Source: Candidatus Brocadia sp.
Lineage (GTDB): Bacteria > Planctomycetota > Brocadiia > Brocadiales > Brocadiaceae
Reading direction: 5' to 3'
Assembly (NCBI GenBank): GCA_021650915.1
Contig: CP091279.1
Coordinates: 90,001 to 122,000 of the forward strand
DNA length: 32,000 bases
Part shown: in pieces, positions 1 to 9,406 of the stretch
Numbering within the stretch: position 1 is the first letter of the stretch
How the letters are laid out: every line of letters starts with the position of its first letter
Position numbers and translations under genes: made by a program
Notes under the pieces: model-generated
The model's input: only the letters and a program-made list of their open reading frames with translations
Database searches by the model: none
Told to the model about the DNA's origin: nothing

Positions 1-611
1 CCAACCATATCCGATGTTATTTTTGCCTGCATGATTGGTTCCTCGATCTCTTTCCTGATGTCACTAAGCACTTCATGAAACCACGTTTCAATGTACCAGT
101 GCACACCATCATTAAATGTGGTAATATCAGAGGGCAGGAAAAACTCCCCAATCTTTACAGAGACAGATTGCTGAACATTCGGCGGCATATTAGCGAAAAG
201 TTGCTGGGTATCAATTGATTGTTGTACAGGGGCAGACCGCTGGGCGTGTGTTGATTGCCCTGATGTGTTAGAAGATGAATCAGAATGAAAGACATTCCAG
301 AGATCTGACAATATTTCTCTCAGATGTTGCGGAAAACTCTTTATCTTGTTTTCAATGTTAGCCTGACTTGTCCTGATATTTTGGCCGAGGTTTATCATGC
401 GCTCAGACTGACCAGTTAGTTGATCAAACTGAAATTTCTTTTCCTCTAATGATTTTTTTAACTTTGGTTCTTGCTCTTTATATTCAAAATACGGCTCTAT
501 CACATAAAAATGGGCAATCAAGGCAAAGAGGATGCCTGCACCAAGAAGACGGTTTACCTTATTTTTACACGACCTCAAATCGTCAAAAAGCACATCAAGC
601 AATTGCGACAC
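1..611 (-). CDS. hypothetical membrane-anchored protein; 3' end lies outside the window, so it is absent from the ORF track
   Basis: The minus-strand frame is open from GTG (611-609), with GGAGAA 6 nt upstream, to the window edge. The translation VSQLLDVLFDDLRSCKNKVNRLLGAGILFALIAHFYV... shows one hydrophobic helix followed by a polar Q/S-rich region. I recognise no family. Confidence 0.4.
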   Translation of the reverse strand, partial: MSQLLDVLFDDLRSCKNKVNRLLGAGILFALIAHFYVIEPYFEYKEQEPKLKKSLEEKKFQFDQLTGQSERMINLGQNIRTSQANIENKIKSFPQHLREILSDLWNVFHSDSSSNTSGQSTHAQRSAPVQQSIDTQQLFANMPPNVQQSVSVKIGEFFLPSDITTFNDGVHWYIETWFHEVLSDIRKEIEEPIMQAKITSDMV

Positions 612-1393
612 AGCCTATTCTCCGGATAAAGAAGCGTCCTCAGTTCCATAGTATCTATACTCAAGATGCTCATAAAATGTGAATTTTAAATTGATAATAA
701 GGTGGCATGGACAAACTCTGTTTGTCCGTGCTGAACTACTATAAATCACAAATTGTGAGTCTGTGGAGTATAACAAAAAACATTTTGGTATTATTGGCAA
801 AAACATGAAGGCGCCCCCTTTTCTCCTCCTGGCTGGTTCAAACTTGTAGTTTGAACCATACGTTTTGCACGTTACCATACATTTTCAACCGGCGCCAATC
901 TTAGAAAACAGCAAGCGTTTCGCTTCAACCGGGGGGCGATTGAACCAGCCGGGCGCCCTTAAATTCTATACGCCATTGCCTTGCCCTGTGGATAAGACAG
1001 CATTAATCAATCGTAGAATCAAGATATTCTAAGCAAGGCATGACCGCTTCGTCTCTTGTCGAACGGAATCTTGGTCTGACGAACAGCGAACAGCGACCAG
1101 GTAGCCGACAGGGGAGAGCGAAGGTTGTGACAATCAAGGCTGATAATGAGTTAAGGGTTGAGTTGTCCATTCATTATTAGTCGTACGAACAGCCGCCATA
1201 TTTTATGGCCATTTGTACACAATAATACGTTTATAGGTAACGTATTTTGTGACTATTTTGACATATAATAAAGTTCACAAAAACCTTGTTAAAAGTATAC
1301 CGTACTTAGCGAAATATACCAATCTATTTTATTTGCTCGTGACAATGTAGTTTCTGGAAAATCCCCATAAAGGTGATGTTTGCTATACAGTGT

Positions 1394-1461
1394 AGGGGCG
1401 AAGCATTTGCTGTAATTGGCATAAACACTTCTATGCCCAAACGGGCGAATGCTTCGCCCCT
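1394..1461. repeat. hairpin repeat: 14-bp perfect stem AGGGGCGAAGCATT / AATGCTTCGCCCCT with a ~40-nt loop; same stem family as 12774..12848
   Basis: Inverted repeat read directly from the sequence. The left arm TGTAGGGGCGAAGCATTTGCTG is identical to the copy at 12772..12794, but the loop sequence differs. Confidence 0.8.
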
Positions 1462-1646
1462 GCTTCAAACAAATCTTTTAAACGAAAAAAAGCAATTCAT
1501 TATTCATATCTGAATTCTTGCTTTTCCCTGTACTATTGCATTAAAATGAAAGAGAATTTGCATTCTTATTGAAAACCAAATACTTTTAATTCCACAAATA
1601 TTCTCCTCCCGGGAGGGGATTGTCTGCCTGTTTTTTTTAGCGCCAT

Positions 1647-4600
1647 TTGACCTCCATGAAAGATTTTCTCCGGCTTCTACAGGAACATAAACAATATAAG
1701 GAAATTACCAGAAATCTCCGGGCAGGAAAGGACTGTGTTGTGAACGGCTTATGGGGATCGTCTGCAATGTTTCTTGCCGCGGCGCTGGCGAACGAACGTT
1801 TAAAGAAGGACAAGGCGGCGCCACATCTGCTTTTGGTGGTATCCCATATTGAAGAGGCCGAAAATGATTTTGAAGACCTGAATACCTTTCTGCCACGCCA
1901 TACAAGCCTTTTCCCGGCGATTGAAGATATGTATGGCGCCGATTTTGCCGATAATGCCGATATCCAGACGCAAAGGATCCAGGTGCTCAACCAGATTCTT
2001 CACCACGACGTCTACACCGGGAACCGGTCGGATATTATTGTGGCGCCGATTCTGGGGCTTTTGCAGGCCGTACCGTCCCGGAAAACTATTTCTGAGCATA
2101 TCCTGAAAATTCAGAGAAATCATGAACATCCCCAGGAAGAGCTTATCGCATGGCTGCAGGACCATCATTATCAGGTATCGACTCAGGTTGAAAATGCCGG
2201 AGAATATGCGTTGCGCGGTGGCATTATTGATGTTTTTCCGTTCGCCTCAGACACCCCGTACCGTATCGAGTATTTTGGGGATGAAGTGGAGTCCATACGA
2301 AGATTTCACGTTGAGTCCCAGCTTTCCGAACAAGACTTAGATGCGTGTCAGATCCTTGCTCTTGATAAGATGTATACTGCAAACGCCCTTCCGGAAGAAT
2401 CACGGCAAACGTCACTCCTGACCTATCTGAGCAAAGATACCTGGGTTGTCCTTGTCGAACCTGCACACATTGAAGATCGGGCAAGGAAGGTATTGGCCAG
2501 TATTGATGCCGAAGATGGTGCGACAGACTTGAGGAAAGAGCGCACGGACAAACGCGTTTGTCCATACCACCCGTTTGATGAGGTCTTCAGTCAGTTGCGT
2601 TCCTTCAGAAAAATTACCGTATCGAAATTGCCGGTGTCCTCAAACGATGGTGATTATACCTTTCATGTTAAATCGGCAGATATTTTTCCCCAAAAAATTC
2701 AGGAGATAACCGCGGAGCTGGGCAAGGTCATTGACGCCAATACCCACACGGTTGTCTTTTGCGATAACGAGGCCGAGGAGCAGCGGTTTCAGGAGATTAT
2801 TGCTGAGGCAGGACTAAAAAAGAACCAACGTCTGTCGTTGTGCATCGGGCGTCTCCACTGCGGGTTTCAATTCTCTGATATTCACATTGCAATTCTTGCG
2901 CACCATGAAATCTTTCATCGGTACCAGCAGCGTCGTGAGTCAAAAAAGCCCATACAAACCAGGGCGATAGATTCCTTTCTGGATCTGAAAAAAGGGGATT
3001 ATGTGGTGCACATAAGCCATGGCATCGGGCGTTATCTGGGGATGGATACCCTCGAAGAGGGGGGACAGAAAAGGGAGTATCTCACGCTGGAGTTTGATGA
3101 GGGTACGAAGATATACGTGCCTGCAACGAAGATCGAGCTGGTGCAAAAGTATATTGGTAGTTCTGATCACCGACCCAGGCTCGATAAAATCGGTTCAAAG
3201 TATTGGGAGGTCAGGAAAAGACGGGCAGAGCATGCCGTCAGGGACGTTGCCAGTGATCTGCTGCATATTCAGGCATTGCGGAACGCAAAGGAAGGTATTG
3301 CGTACCAGGATGACTCGGAATGGCAGAGGGAATTTGAGGAGTCGTTTCTCTACGAAGAGACTCCGGATCAGCTTCAGGTGATAGAAGAGATAAAGCGTGA
3401 TATGGAGTCGAAGAGGCCTATGGACCGGCTTGTCTGCGGTGACGTTGGATATGGCAAAACCGAGCTTGCCATGCGGGCGGCCTTCAAGGCGGTTATGGGT
3501 GGCAAACAGGTGGCCGTCCTGGTGCCCACGACGATCCTCGCCCAGCAGCACTATGCCACCTTCTCGGAACGCATGGCTGATTATCCGGTAAAGCTGGGGG
3601 TGTTAAGCAGGTTTAAGACGCGCCGGGAGCAGAAGGACACCCTGGAGAAAGCGGCCGCCGGTTTTCTTGACATCCTCATTGGCACCCACCGGCTCTTACA
3701 GAAGGACGTCTATTTTAAAGACCTTGGACTGGTTATTATTGATGAAGAGCAGCGATTTGGGGTTGAACACAAGGAGCGGCTCAAGAGATTGCGGCAGACG
3801 GTCGATGTGCTCACCCTGACCGCCACGCCGATTCCCAGGACCCTTCACATGTCGCTTCTGGGGATTAAAGACATCTCGTCCCTGAATACGCCGCCATTAG
3901 GCAGGCAGGCTATTCACACGCAAATTGTGCGATTTAACCCGGAACGCATCCGGCAGGCGATTATGCTGGAGCTCAATCGTGACGGACAGGTATATTTTGT
4001 TCATAATCGTGTGTACAACATCGAGCGAGTTGCCAGAACCTTAGCGGAGATCGTGCCTGAGGCAAGGATCATGACGGTGCACGGCCAGATGGACGAAAAA
4101 CTCATGGAACAACGGATGCGGGATTTTATTGACGGCCGCGCCGATATCCTGGTGGCCACGACGATCATTGAGTCGGGGCTGGACATCCCCAACGTCAACA
4201 CGATCTTCATCAATTGCGCCGACACCTTTGGCCTTGCGGATCTGCATCAGTTGCGGGGGAGGGTGGGGCGGTACAAACACCGCGCCTATGCCTATATCAT
4301 CCTGCCCGTTGACCGGCCTATTACCCCGGAGGCGGAAAAGCGGGTAAAGGCCATTGAGGAGTTTGCCGAATTGGGCGCAGGATTCCGGATTGCCATGCGC
4401 GACCTGGAAATCCGCGGCGCCGGGAATATCCTGGGGACAGAGCAGCACGGCCATATTGCTGCGGTGGGGTACGAGATGTATTGCCGGTTGTTAGAACTGG
4501 CCGTGAGAAAGGCAAGGCATGAACCCATCCCTGAGCCCATCGATGTTTCCATCGATCTCCATCTGGAATCCTTCATTCCTCACACGTACATCCGGGAGGA

Positions 4601-4958
4601 TGCTTTAAAAATGGATATCTACCGCAGATTGAATCGCTCTGCTACCTTTCAGGAAGTGAGAACGATTGCTAAAGAGATGGCAGACCGTTTTGGCGATATT
4701 CCGCATCCGGTAAAGAATCTCCTTTCTGAGAGTGAGCTAAGAATTCTTGCTCAGCAATCGAAGATCCGCTCTATGGTCAAGGTTGATGGCGTTTTAGTCA
4801 TTCACGTTGCCAATTTGAAAAGAGCGGAGGCGAGTCTCTGTAAACTGAAAAAATACCTGCGGGTTATCAACGACAGCACCTTGCACCTGGGGCTCCCCGC
4901 AAAAAAGATGTTGCCGGAGGATTTACTAGACTTTCTAAAAAAATCAATTAAAATTTAA
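1647..4958 (+). CDS. mfd: transcription-repair coupling factor Mfd (TRCF)
   Basis: 1103-aa ORF. It has a UvrB-like N-terminus, a CarD-like segment (GDYVVHISHGIGRY), a superfamily-2 helicase with Walker A GDVGYGKTE and DEEQ box IIDEEQRFGV, and a TRCF C-terminal domain. ATG at 1656 (MKDFLRLL) is a more conventional start than TTG at 1647. Confidence 0.97.
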   Translation: MTSMKDFLRLLQEHKQYKEITRNLRAGKDCVVNGLWGSSAMFLAAALANERLKKDKAAPHLLLVVSHIEEAENDFEDLNTFLPRHTSLFPAIEDMYGADFADNADIQTQRIQVLNQILHHDVYTGNRSDIIVAPILGLLQAVPSRKTISEHILKIQRNHEHPQEELIAWLQDHHYQVSTQVENAGEYALRGGIIDVFPFASDTPYRIEYFGDEVESIRRFHVESQLSEQDLDACQILALDKMYTANALPEESRQTSLLTYLSKDTWVVLVEPAHIEDRARKVLASIDAEDGATDLRKERTDKRVCPYHPFDEVFSQLRSFRKITVSKLPVSSNDGDYTFHVKSADIFPQKIQEITAELGKVIDANTHTVVFCDNEAEEQRFQEIIAEAGLKKNQRLSLCIGRLHCGFQFSDIHIAILAHHEIFHRYQQRRESKKPIQTRAIDSFLDLKKGDYVVHISHGIGRYLGMDTLEEGGQKREYLTLEFDEGTKIYVPATKIELVQKYIGSSDHRPRLDKIGSKYWEVRKRRAEHAVRDVASDLLHIQALRNAKEGIAYQDDSEWQREFEESFLYEETPDQLQVIEEIKRDMESKRPMDRLVCGDVGYGKTELAMRAAFKAVMGGKQVAVLVPTTILAQQHYATFSERMADYPVKLGVLSRFKTRREQKDTLEKAAAGFLDILIGTHRLLQKDVYFKDLGLVIIDEEQRFGVEHKERLKRLRQTVDVLTLTATPIPRTLHMSLLGIKDISSLNTPPLGRQAIHTQIVRFNPERIRQAIMLELNRDGQVYFVHNRVYNIERVARTLAEIVPEARIMTVHGQMDEKLMEQRMRDFIDGRADILVATTIIESGLDIPNVNTIFINCADTFGLADLHQLRGRVGRYKHRAYAYIILPVDRPITPEAEKRVKAIEEFAELGAGFRIAMRDLEIRGAGNILGTEQHGHIAAVGYEMYCRLLELAVRKARHEPIPEPIDVSIDLHLESFIPHTYIREDALKMDIYRRLNRSATFQEVRTIAKEMADRFGDIPHPVKNLLSESELRILAQQSKIRSMVKVDGVLVIHVANLKRAEASLCKLKKYLRVINDSTLHLGLPAKKMLPEDLLDFLKKSIKI

Positions 4959-5003
4959 ATAACCTTGTAAAACAAATTCCAGGAATCTTTTCATACGAGG
5001 ATC

Positions 5004-6011
5004 GTGATATTGAAAGTGTTTAATCGGTTTTATGTATGGTTTTTGCCGGTCTTCTTCACTGCTTATGCCGTTTCCTATGGGTCGACGAGCGATTTGCGCG
5101 AAGAAAGTATCAATTCCATCAAGGCCATTGTGGGTGACGAGATCATTACTCAGGGGGACGTCGTCAAACGCGCCGCCGTGGCTCTCAGGGAGGCGCAGGA
5201 AAGATACCAGGAAAAGGAGTTTTTTGAAAAGGCGGATGAAATACTGAAGGAAACCCTGGACGAATTGATTAACCGAAAGGTGCTGATTAAAGAAGCGCAG
5301 AAGCTGTTTGGCACGGACGAGATGCAGATGAAGGAGGTAGAAAAGGACCTGGATTCGTTCATGAAGGGGGCGGTAAAGAACGTTGGGTCTTTATCAAAGT
5401 ATTATGAGATTGCCGAAGCGCAGGGAATTAATCCCCTTGAAAAGAAAAATGAACTCAAGGAAGACATTATGATAGACAAGATTATGAAGGAGAACGTCTA
5501 CAACAAGGTGAAAGTTCAGCCGAAATTACTGAGGCGTTATTATGTGGAGAACGTTGATGAATTCCGGCAAAAAAAAGAGGTGAGTCTGAGACAGATCATG
5601 ATAAAGTTTTCTGCGCATGATAATGACAGGGAAAAGACGCTTTCCCTTGCGCAGCAGATACGGAAACGCCTTGAAAAGGGTGAGGATTTTGCGACCCTGG
5701 CGAAACAGTATTCAGAAGGGCCCAATGCGGAGAACGGCGGCCTGTTAAGCTTTGAGGAAGTTAATGAAATGAGAAAAGACCTCCGGGATGCCGTTTATCA
5801 GTTAAAAGACAACGAACGGAGTGGCATTATTGCGTCACCGGTCGGGTATCACATCTTTAAAATGGAGCTGATCAAGCCGGAAAAAGTTCAGGAATTTGAG
5901 GAAGTGCAGGAGGATATCTACAAGAAAATTTATCGTGAAGAAATTAGCCGGTTAAAAAATCAGTATTTAAATAGCCTGAAGTCGGGTATGTTTGTTAAGG
6001 TGTTTCGTTGA
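5004..6011 (+). CDS. periplasmic chaperone / peptidyl-prolyl isomerase, SurA N-terminal-like plus parvulin (PpiC) domain
   Basis: 335 aa with an N-terminal hydrophobic signal/anchor (FYVWFLPVFFTAYAVSYG). A long helical chaperone-like region is followed by a parvulin-like segment (VSLRQIMIKF...GEDFATLAKQYSEGPNAENGGLLSFEE...GYHIFKM). Its position directly after mfd is common. Confidence 0.8.
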   Translation: MILKVFNRFYVWFLPVFFTAYAVSYGSTSDLREESINSIKAIVGDEIITQGDVVKRAAVALREAQERYQEKEFFEKADEILKETLDELINRKVLIKEAQKLFGTDEMQMKEVEKDLDSFMKGAVKNVGSLSKYYEIAEAQGINPLEKKNELKEDIMIDKIMKENVYNKVKVQPKLLRRYYVENVDEFRQKKEVSLRQIMIKFSAHDNDREKTLSLAQQIRKRLEKGEDFATLAKQYSEGPNAENGGLLSFEEVNEMRKDLRDAVYQLKDNERSGIIASPVGYHIFKMELIKPEKVQEFEEVQEDIYKKIYREEISRLKNQYLNSLKSGMFVKVFR

Positions 6012-6135
6012 TGCGGATTTCAGGGTAACAAGGACAAGCCCAGCTTGTCTGTCGTTCTGCAAGGGCGCTTAGTGTTTATCCCTACCAATGGTACCCTCGT
6101 GTTGCATAGCGGCATTTCAAAATGAATAATTCATA

Positions 6136-6349
6136 GCGCAGCACAGCCGCAACCAAATTTCCTTTATGAAAGCGGGAGATTGCTTCGGAAAAGGCCCCTC
6201 GCAATGACAGCGACCATGCACTTTGATGGTACACTGCACGTTGTCATTGCGAGTGAAGCGAAGCAATCTTTCACTCATAAAAAACGGTACCTCTTGAAAG
6301 TGGTTTGTGAAAAAACTTACAAAAAAAGAAGTTTTTATACAGTAATACT
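6136..6349 (+). mobile_element. 214-bp non-autonomous hairpin-rich element (no TIR, flanked by ATA); copy A
   Basis: About 94% identical to the reverse complement of 7321..7535. It contains a long imperfect palindrome, GATTGCTTCG..CTCGCAATGAC - 34 nt - GTCATTGCGAG..CGAAGCAATC. ATA is present on both sides (6133-6135 and 6350-6352). Confidence 0.75.
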
Positions 6350-6443
6350 ATAAACAATATTGTGCAAGTTCAACATGGACAAACGGAGATTGTCCGCGCC
6401 ACCTGGGTTCTTGCATTTGTAAGGGTTTAATCCGGAAGGAAAG

Positions 6444-6761
6444 ATGAGTTGGATTGCGCTTATCATAGCGGGTGTCTTTGAAGTTGTTTGGGCTATCGGG
6501 CTGAAATATTCCCATGGTTTCACACGGTTATTGCCGTCAGCGGTTACCGCCTTTGCTATGATTGTGAGTTTTGTGCTTCTGGGGGTGGCAGCCAAAAGCC
6601 TGCCAATTGGTACTGCGTATGCCATATGGACGGGTATTGGTACCGTTGGAACGGCGATAGCAGGCATATACCTGTTTCATGAGTCTCGTGACTGGGGACG
6701 TGTCTGTTGCATTCTGGTTATTCTGGCCGGTGTGGCTGGTCTCAAAATTCTGAGCAGGTGA
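6444..6761 (+). CDS. sugE: SMR-family quaternary ammonium/guanidinium exporter (SugE/Gdx type)
   Basis: 105 aa with four predicted TM helices. The conserved membrane glutamate sits in [15 protein letters not shown], and the motifs [16 protein letters not shown] are typical of SugE/Gdx. RBS GGAAGGAAAG lies before the ATG. Confidence 0.9.
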   Translation: MSWIALIIAGVFEVVWAIGLKYSHGFTRLLPSAVTAFAMIVSFVLLGVAAKSLPIGTAYAIWTGIGTVGTAIAGIYLFHESRDWGRVCCILVILAGVAGLKILSR

Positions 6762-6990
6762 TGAGTCGTTGGTGTTTGCCGCCGATGCCAGTTAGATTCG
6801 TTTACCAGAGGCAGCTCCTCATGTAGTCGAGGGGTCTTAGCCCGACTTTCGCAATTCGCGCCCAAAAAAGTTTATTTTTGGGCAAGAGTCGCCAGGAAAC
6901 CCGTGATATTCAAGGGGTGAATTTTCAAAACGGCTTGTAGTGCCGACCTACCCTCTTGACGCATGCAGGAGGAAGTGCGAAAATGCTCGC

Positions 6991-8994
6991 ATGTTTCTCC
7001 GGGAAAAGACACGAACGAAGGATGGGAAAACCCACCGGTATTGGAGTGTGGTAGAGAACCGCCGGGTTACCGGAAGAAGGGTGGTGCAGCGGCAGGTTCT
7101 CTCTTTGGGAGAACTCAATGACAATCAACGGGCTGGGTGGATTCGGACGATAGAGGCGGTGTCGGGTAAAGAACCCAGGCCAAGACAACTGGCGTTGTTT
7201 CCCCGGACGACCGAGAAGCCAGGCCGATACCGGATGGTGAGACAGTCCGGATGAGATTGGACAAAATAGAGCTGCGCCATCCGCGGGAGTGGGGAGCGAG
7301 CTGGTTGGGATTGTATGTATAGTATTACTGTATAAAAACTTCTTTTTTCTGTGAGTTTTTTCACAAACCCCTTTCAGGAGGTACCGTTTTTTATGAGTGA
7401 AAGATTGCTTCGCTTCACTCGCAATGACAACATGCAGTGTACCATCAAAGTGCATGGCCGGTGTCATTGCGAGGGCCTTTTCCGAAGCAATCTCCCCGCT
7501 TTCATAAAGGAAATTTGGTTGCGGCTGTGCCGCGCTATGGAATATGCTGGAACTGGACACATTCTGGAGGATGCGTCTGCCGTCAAGCCGGAAGGGGACA
7601 AGCTGGTTGAATATACTGAAGGCGCTTGTCTGTTACCGGTTGATCGATCCGGGAAGCGAATTTCGTTTTCACCGTGAGTGGTACGTGCGGAGCGCAACAG
7701 GCGATCTGCTGGGAGAGGATTATTCCCTGGCGCAGAAGGACAAGGCGTATCGTTGTTTGGATTTGTTGCTTGAGCATCGGGACGAGCTGTTTGCCTATTT
7801 AAAGGAGAAGTGGGGCAAGCTCTTTGGGCGAAGTACGATGTGCTGCTGTATGATTTGACGAGTACGTATTTTGAAAAGTGACCCACCTCCGACTGGATCG
7901 GGGAGTAAGAAACGGTTTGGATATAGTCGGGACAAACGTTCGGATTGCGTGCAGGTGGTAGTGGCATTGGTGTTAACGCCGGAAGGATTTCCCGTTGCCT
8001 ACGAAGTGTATCCGGGCAATACCAGAGACACCGCAACGCTGGAGGAATTTCTGGATCGGATTGAAAAGCAGTATGGGAAATTCCGGCGCACCTGGCTCAT
8101 GGATAGAGGTATTCCAACGGAGGAGATGTTGGAAAAGATGCGTGAGCGAGGGATTGATTATTTGGTTGGTACTCCGAAGGGGCATTTGACGAGAGTAGAA
8201 AAACCGCTGCTCGAACAAACCTGGATGCGGGCGAGGGGAGAGCGTCCGCGTGAAAGTTCTTCGGCAGGAATCGGAGTTTTACGTTTACGTGGAAAGCCAT
8301 GACCGGGTGTCTAAGGAGCGTGCCATGCGTAGGCGCAGACTCAGACGTTTGTGGATGGGCCTGCGCGAACTTCGCAATCGAAAAGCCCTCACGCGCGATG
8401 ACCTGCTCATGCATATTGGCGCGTTAAAGAAAGAAGCCGGACGAGACTACAGACTGGTCACGATCTCCATTCCCAAACCGCAGGAACCGGTCAATGAGAA
8501 TACGTTCCGGTTCAGTTTGGATCGGGAACGCCTGAGGCAGGCGTATCGGCGCGAGGGGGCGTTATTTGCTTCGTTCCAACATGCAGGCCGCCGCGCCAGA
8601 AACCGTCTGGGAAAATTATTTGCTGTTGACGCGGATAGAACAGGCATTTAAGGACTTGAAGGGGTCTCTTTCCGTCCGCCCCCTATGGCATCAATTGGAA
8701 CGGAGAATTGAAGCCCATATCTTTGTTTCCTTTTTGGCTTTTTGTCTCCACACGACACTGCGCAATCTTGCGCGGGGGAGGGCCGGAGGGCTGACGTCTG
8801 AAGCGATTTTGGAAAAACTGTCGGGCATTCAAATGATAGACGTTCATTTACCGACCACGGATGGCCGTCATATTGTCATGAGTCGTTATACCCAGCCGGA
8901 GAAGGACGTTTTACTCCTTTTGGCACAATTGGGATTAACGCTTCCTGAACAACCGCCGCCCAAGGTTTACGCATCCGGACAGGTCGGCCTGTAG
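6991..8994 (+). pseudogene. IS1634-family DDE transposase pseudogene
   Basis: The reading frame is broken into the ORFs 6940..7254, 7544..7858, 7871..8302, 8250..8651 and 8566..8994. Compared with the intact copy there is a 215-bp insertion at 7321, a 2-nt insertion near 7205, and 1-nt indels near 7825, 7875, 8235 and 8557. Confidence 0.9.
7321..7535 (-). mobile_element. 215-bp non-autonomous hairpin-rich element, copy B, inserted into the IS transposase gene
   Basis: This is the reverse complement of 6136..6349. The intact IS copy has an uninterrupted TGTATGTATGGAATATG at 29158..29174. Here the element sits between duplicated TAT triplets (7318-7320 and 7536-7538). Confidence 0.85.
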
Positions 8995-9325
8995 TGCCGA
9001 CCTTTTTACATGACCCCTTGATTTTACTGGCTTAGCGGGTTGTATACCCCTCGAATTGCGAAAGTCGGGTTAGGATCGCAGCGAATGGGGATGTCTATTC
9101 TTGCTATCAATATGATACCGTTGGCAATATACTTCACAACAAGCTCGACGAAATTCTATCATCCAGGAGAACGTATGATACCGTTACCAACATGTATCAT
9201 TTGAAATGCTCTACCTGCCAGGTTAACTGGCAGGCTTCTAAGGTCTTCTCATCGCCATGGGGAAATATTGGGTACATCTATAAGAGGATCAGCACACGGG
9301 CAGGCATCGCGCGCCCTTAACCAAA

Positions 9326-9365
9326 CAAAAAAGCCCATGATAATGAATATCATGGGCTTTTTTTA
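9326..9365. terminator. bidirectional rho-independent terminator downstream of the HAO gene
   Basis: A perfect 12-bp stem (AAGCCCATGATA at 9331-9342 and TATCATGGGCTT at 9348-9359) with a 5-nt loop, flanked by an A-run on one side and a T-run on the other. It lies 42 nt beyond the stop of the minus-strand HAO gene. Confidence 0.8.
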
Positions 9366-9406
9366 TGAATCGAGCTCAACGTATTTACTACCGTGCGGCT
9401 CAGCTG

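Larger units (their letters stand above)
6841..9069 (+). mobile_element. decayed copy of the IS1634-type element (same IS as 28689..30695), carrying a nested 215-bp insertion
   Basis: Collinear with 28689..30695, with only scattered substitutions and a few small indels. It has the same terminal inverted repeats (CCCGACTTTCGCAATTCG at 6841 and its reverse complement ending at 9069). TTAG is found on both flanks (6837-6840 and 9070-9073). Confidence 0.9.

Noticed and set aside
834-857. GGTTCAAACT...AGTTTGAACC, considered as a tRNA T-arm-like sequence
   Set aside because: It is a simple 10-bp hairpin with a 3-nt loop. There is no acceptor, D or anticodon arm around it, and no tRNA is supported anywhere in the window.
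615-878. 87-aa minus-strand ORF, and the 77-aa plus-strand ORF at 449..682
   Set aside because: They have no RBS at a sensible distance, low-complexity or odd composition, and they overlap the structured non-coding region or the real minus-strand gene (1..611).
1605-1638. Palindrome CCTCCCGGGAGG followed by a T8 run just before mfd; considered as a terminator
   Set aside because: The palindrome can form only a 4-bp stem once a loop is allowed, and the T-run is 14 nt away. It is not a convincing intrinsic terminator.
6353-6443. Possible guanidine-II (mini-ykkC) riboswitch upstream of the SMR/Gdx gene, suggested by the hairpin GGACAAACGGAGATTGTCC containing ACGG
   Set aside because: The ACGG sits in a 9-nt loop rather than a closed tetraloop. 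There is no second ACGR hairpin, and none of the ykkC or ykkC-III consensus blocks I know are present. It needs an Rfam scan to be certain.
6925-7677. ORFs 6925..7560 (-), 7125..7364 (-) and 7351..7677 (+), with peptides such as LLRFTRNDN and VIASEAKQS
   Set aside because: They are read-through translations of the IS pseudogene antisense strand and of the nested hairpin element (the CATTGCGAG..GAAGCAATC repeats), not genes.
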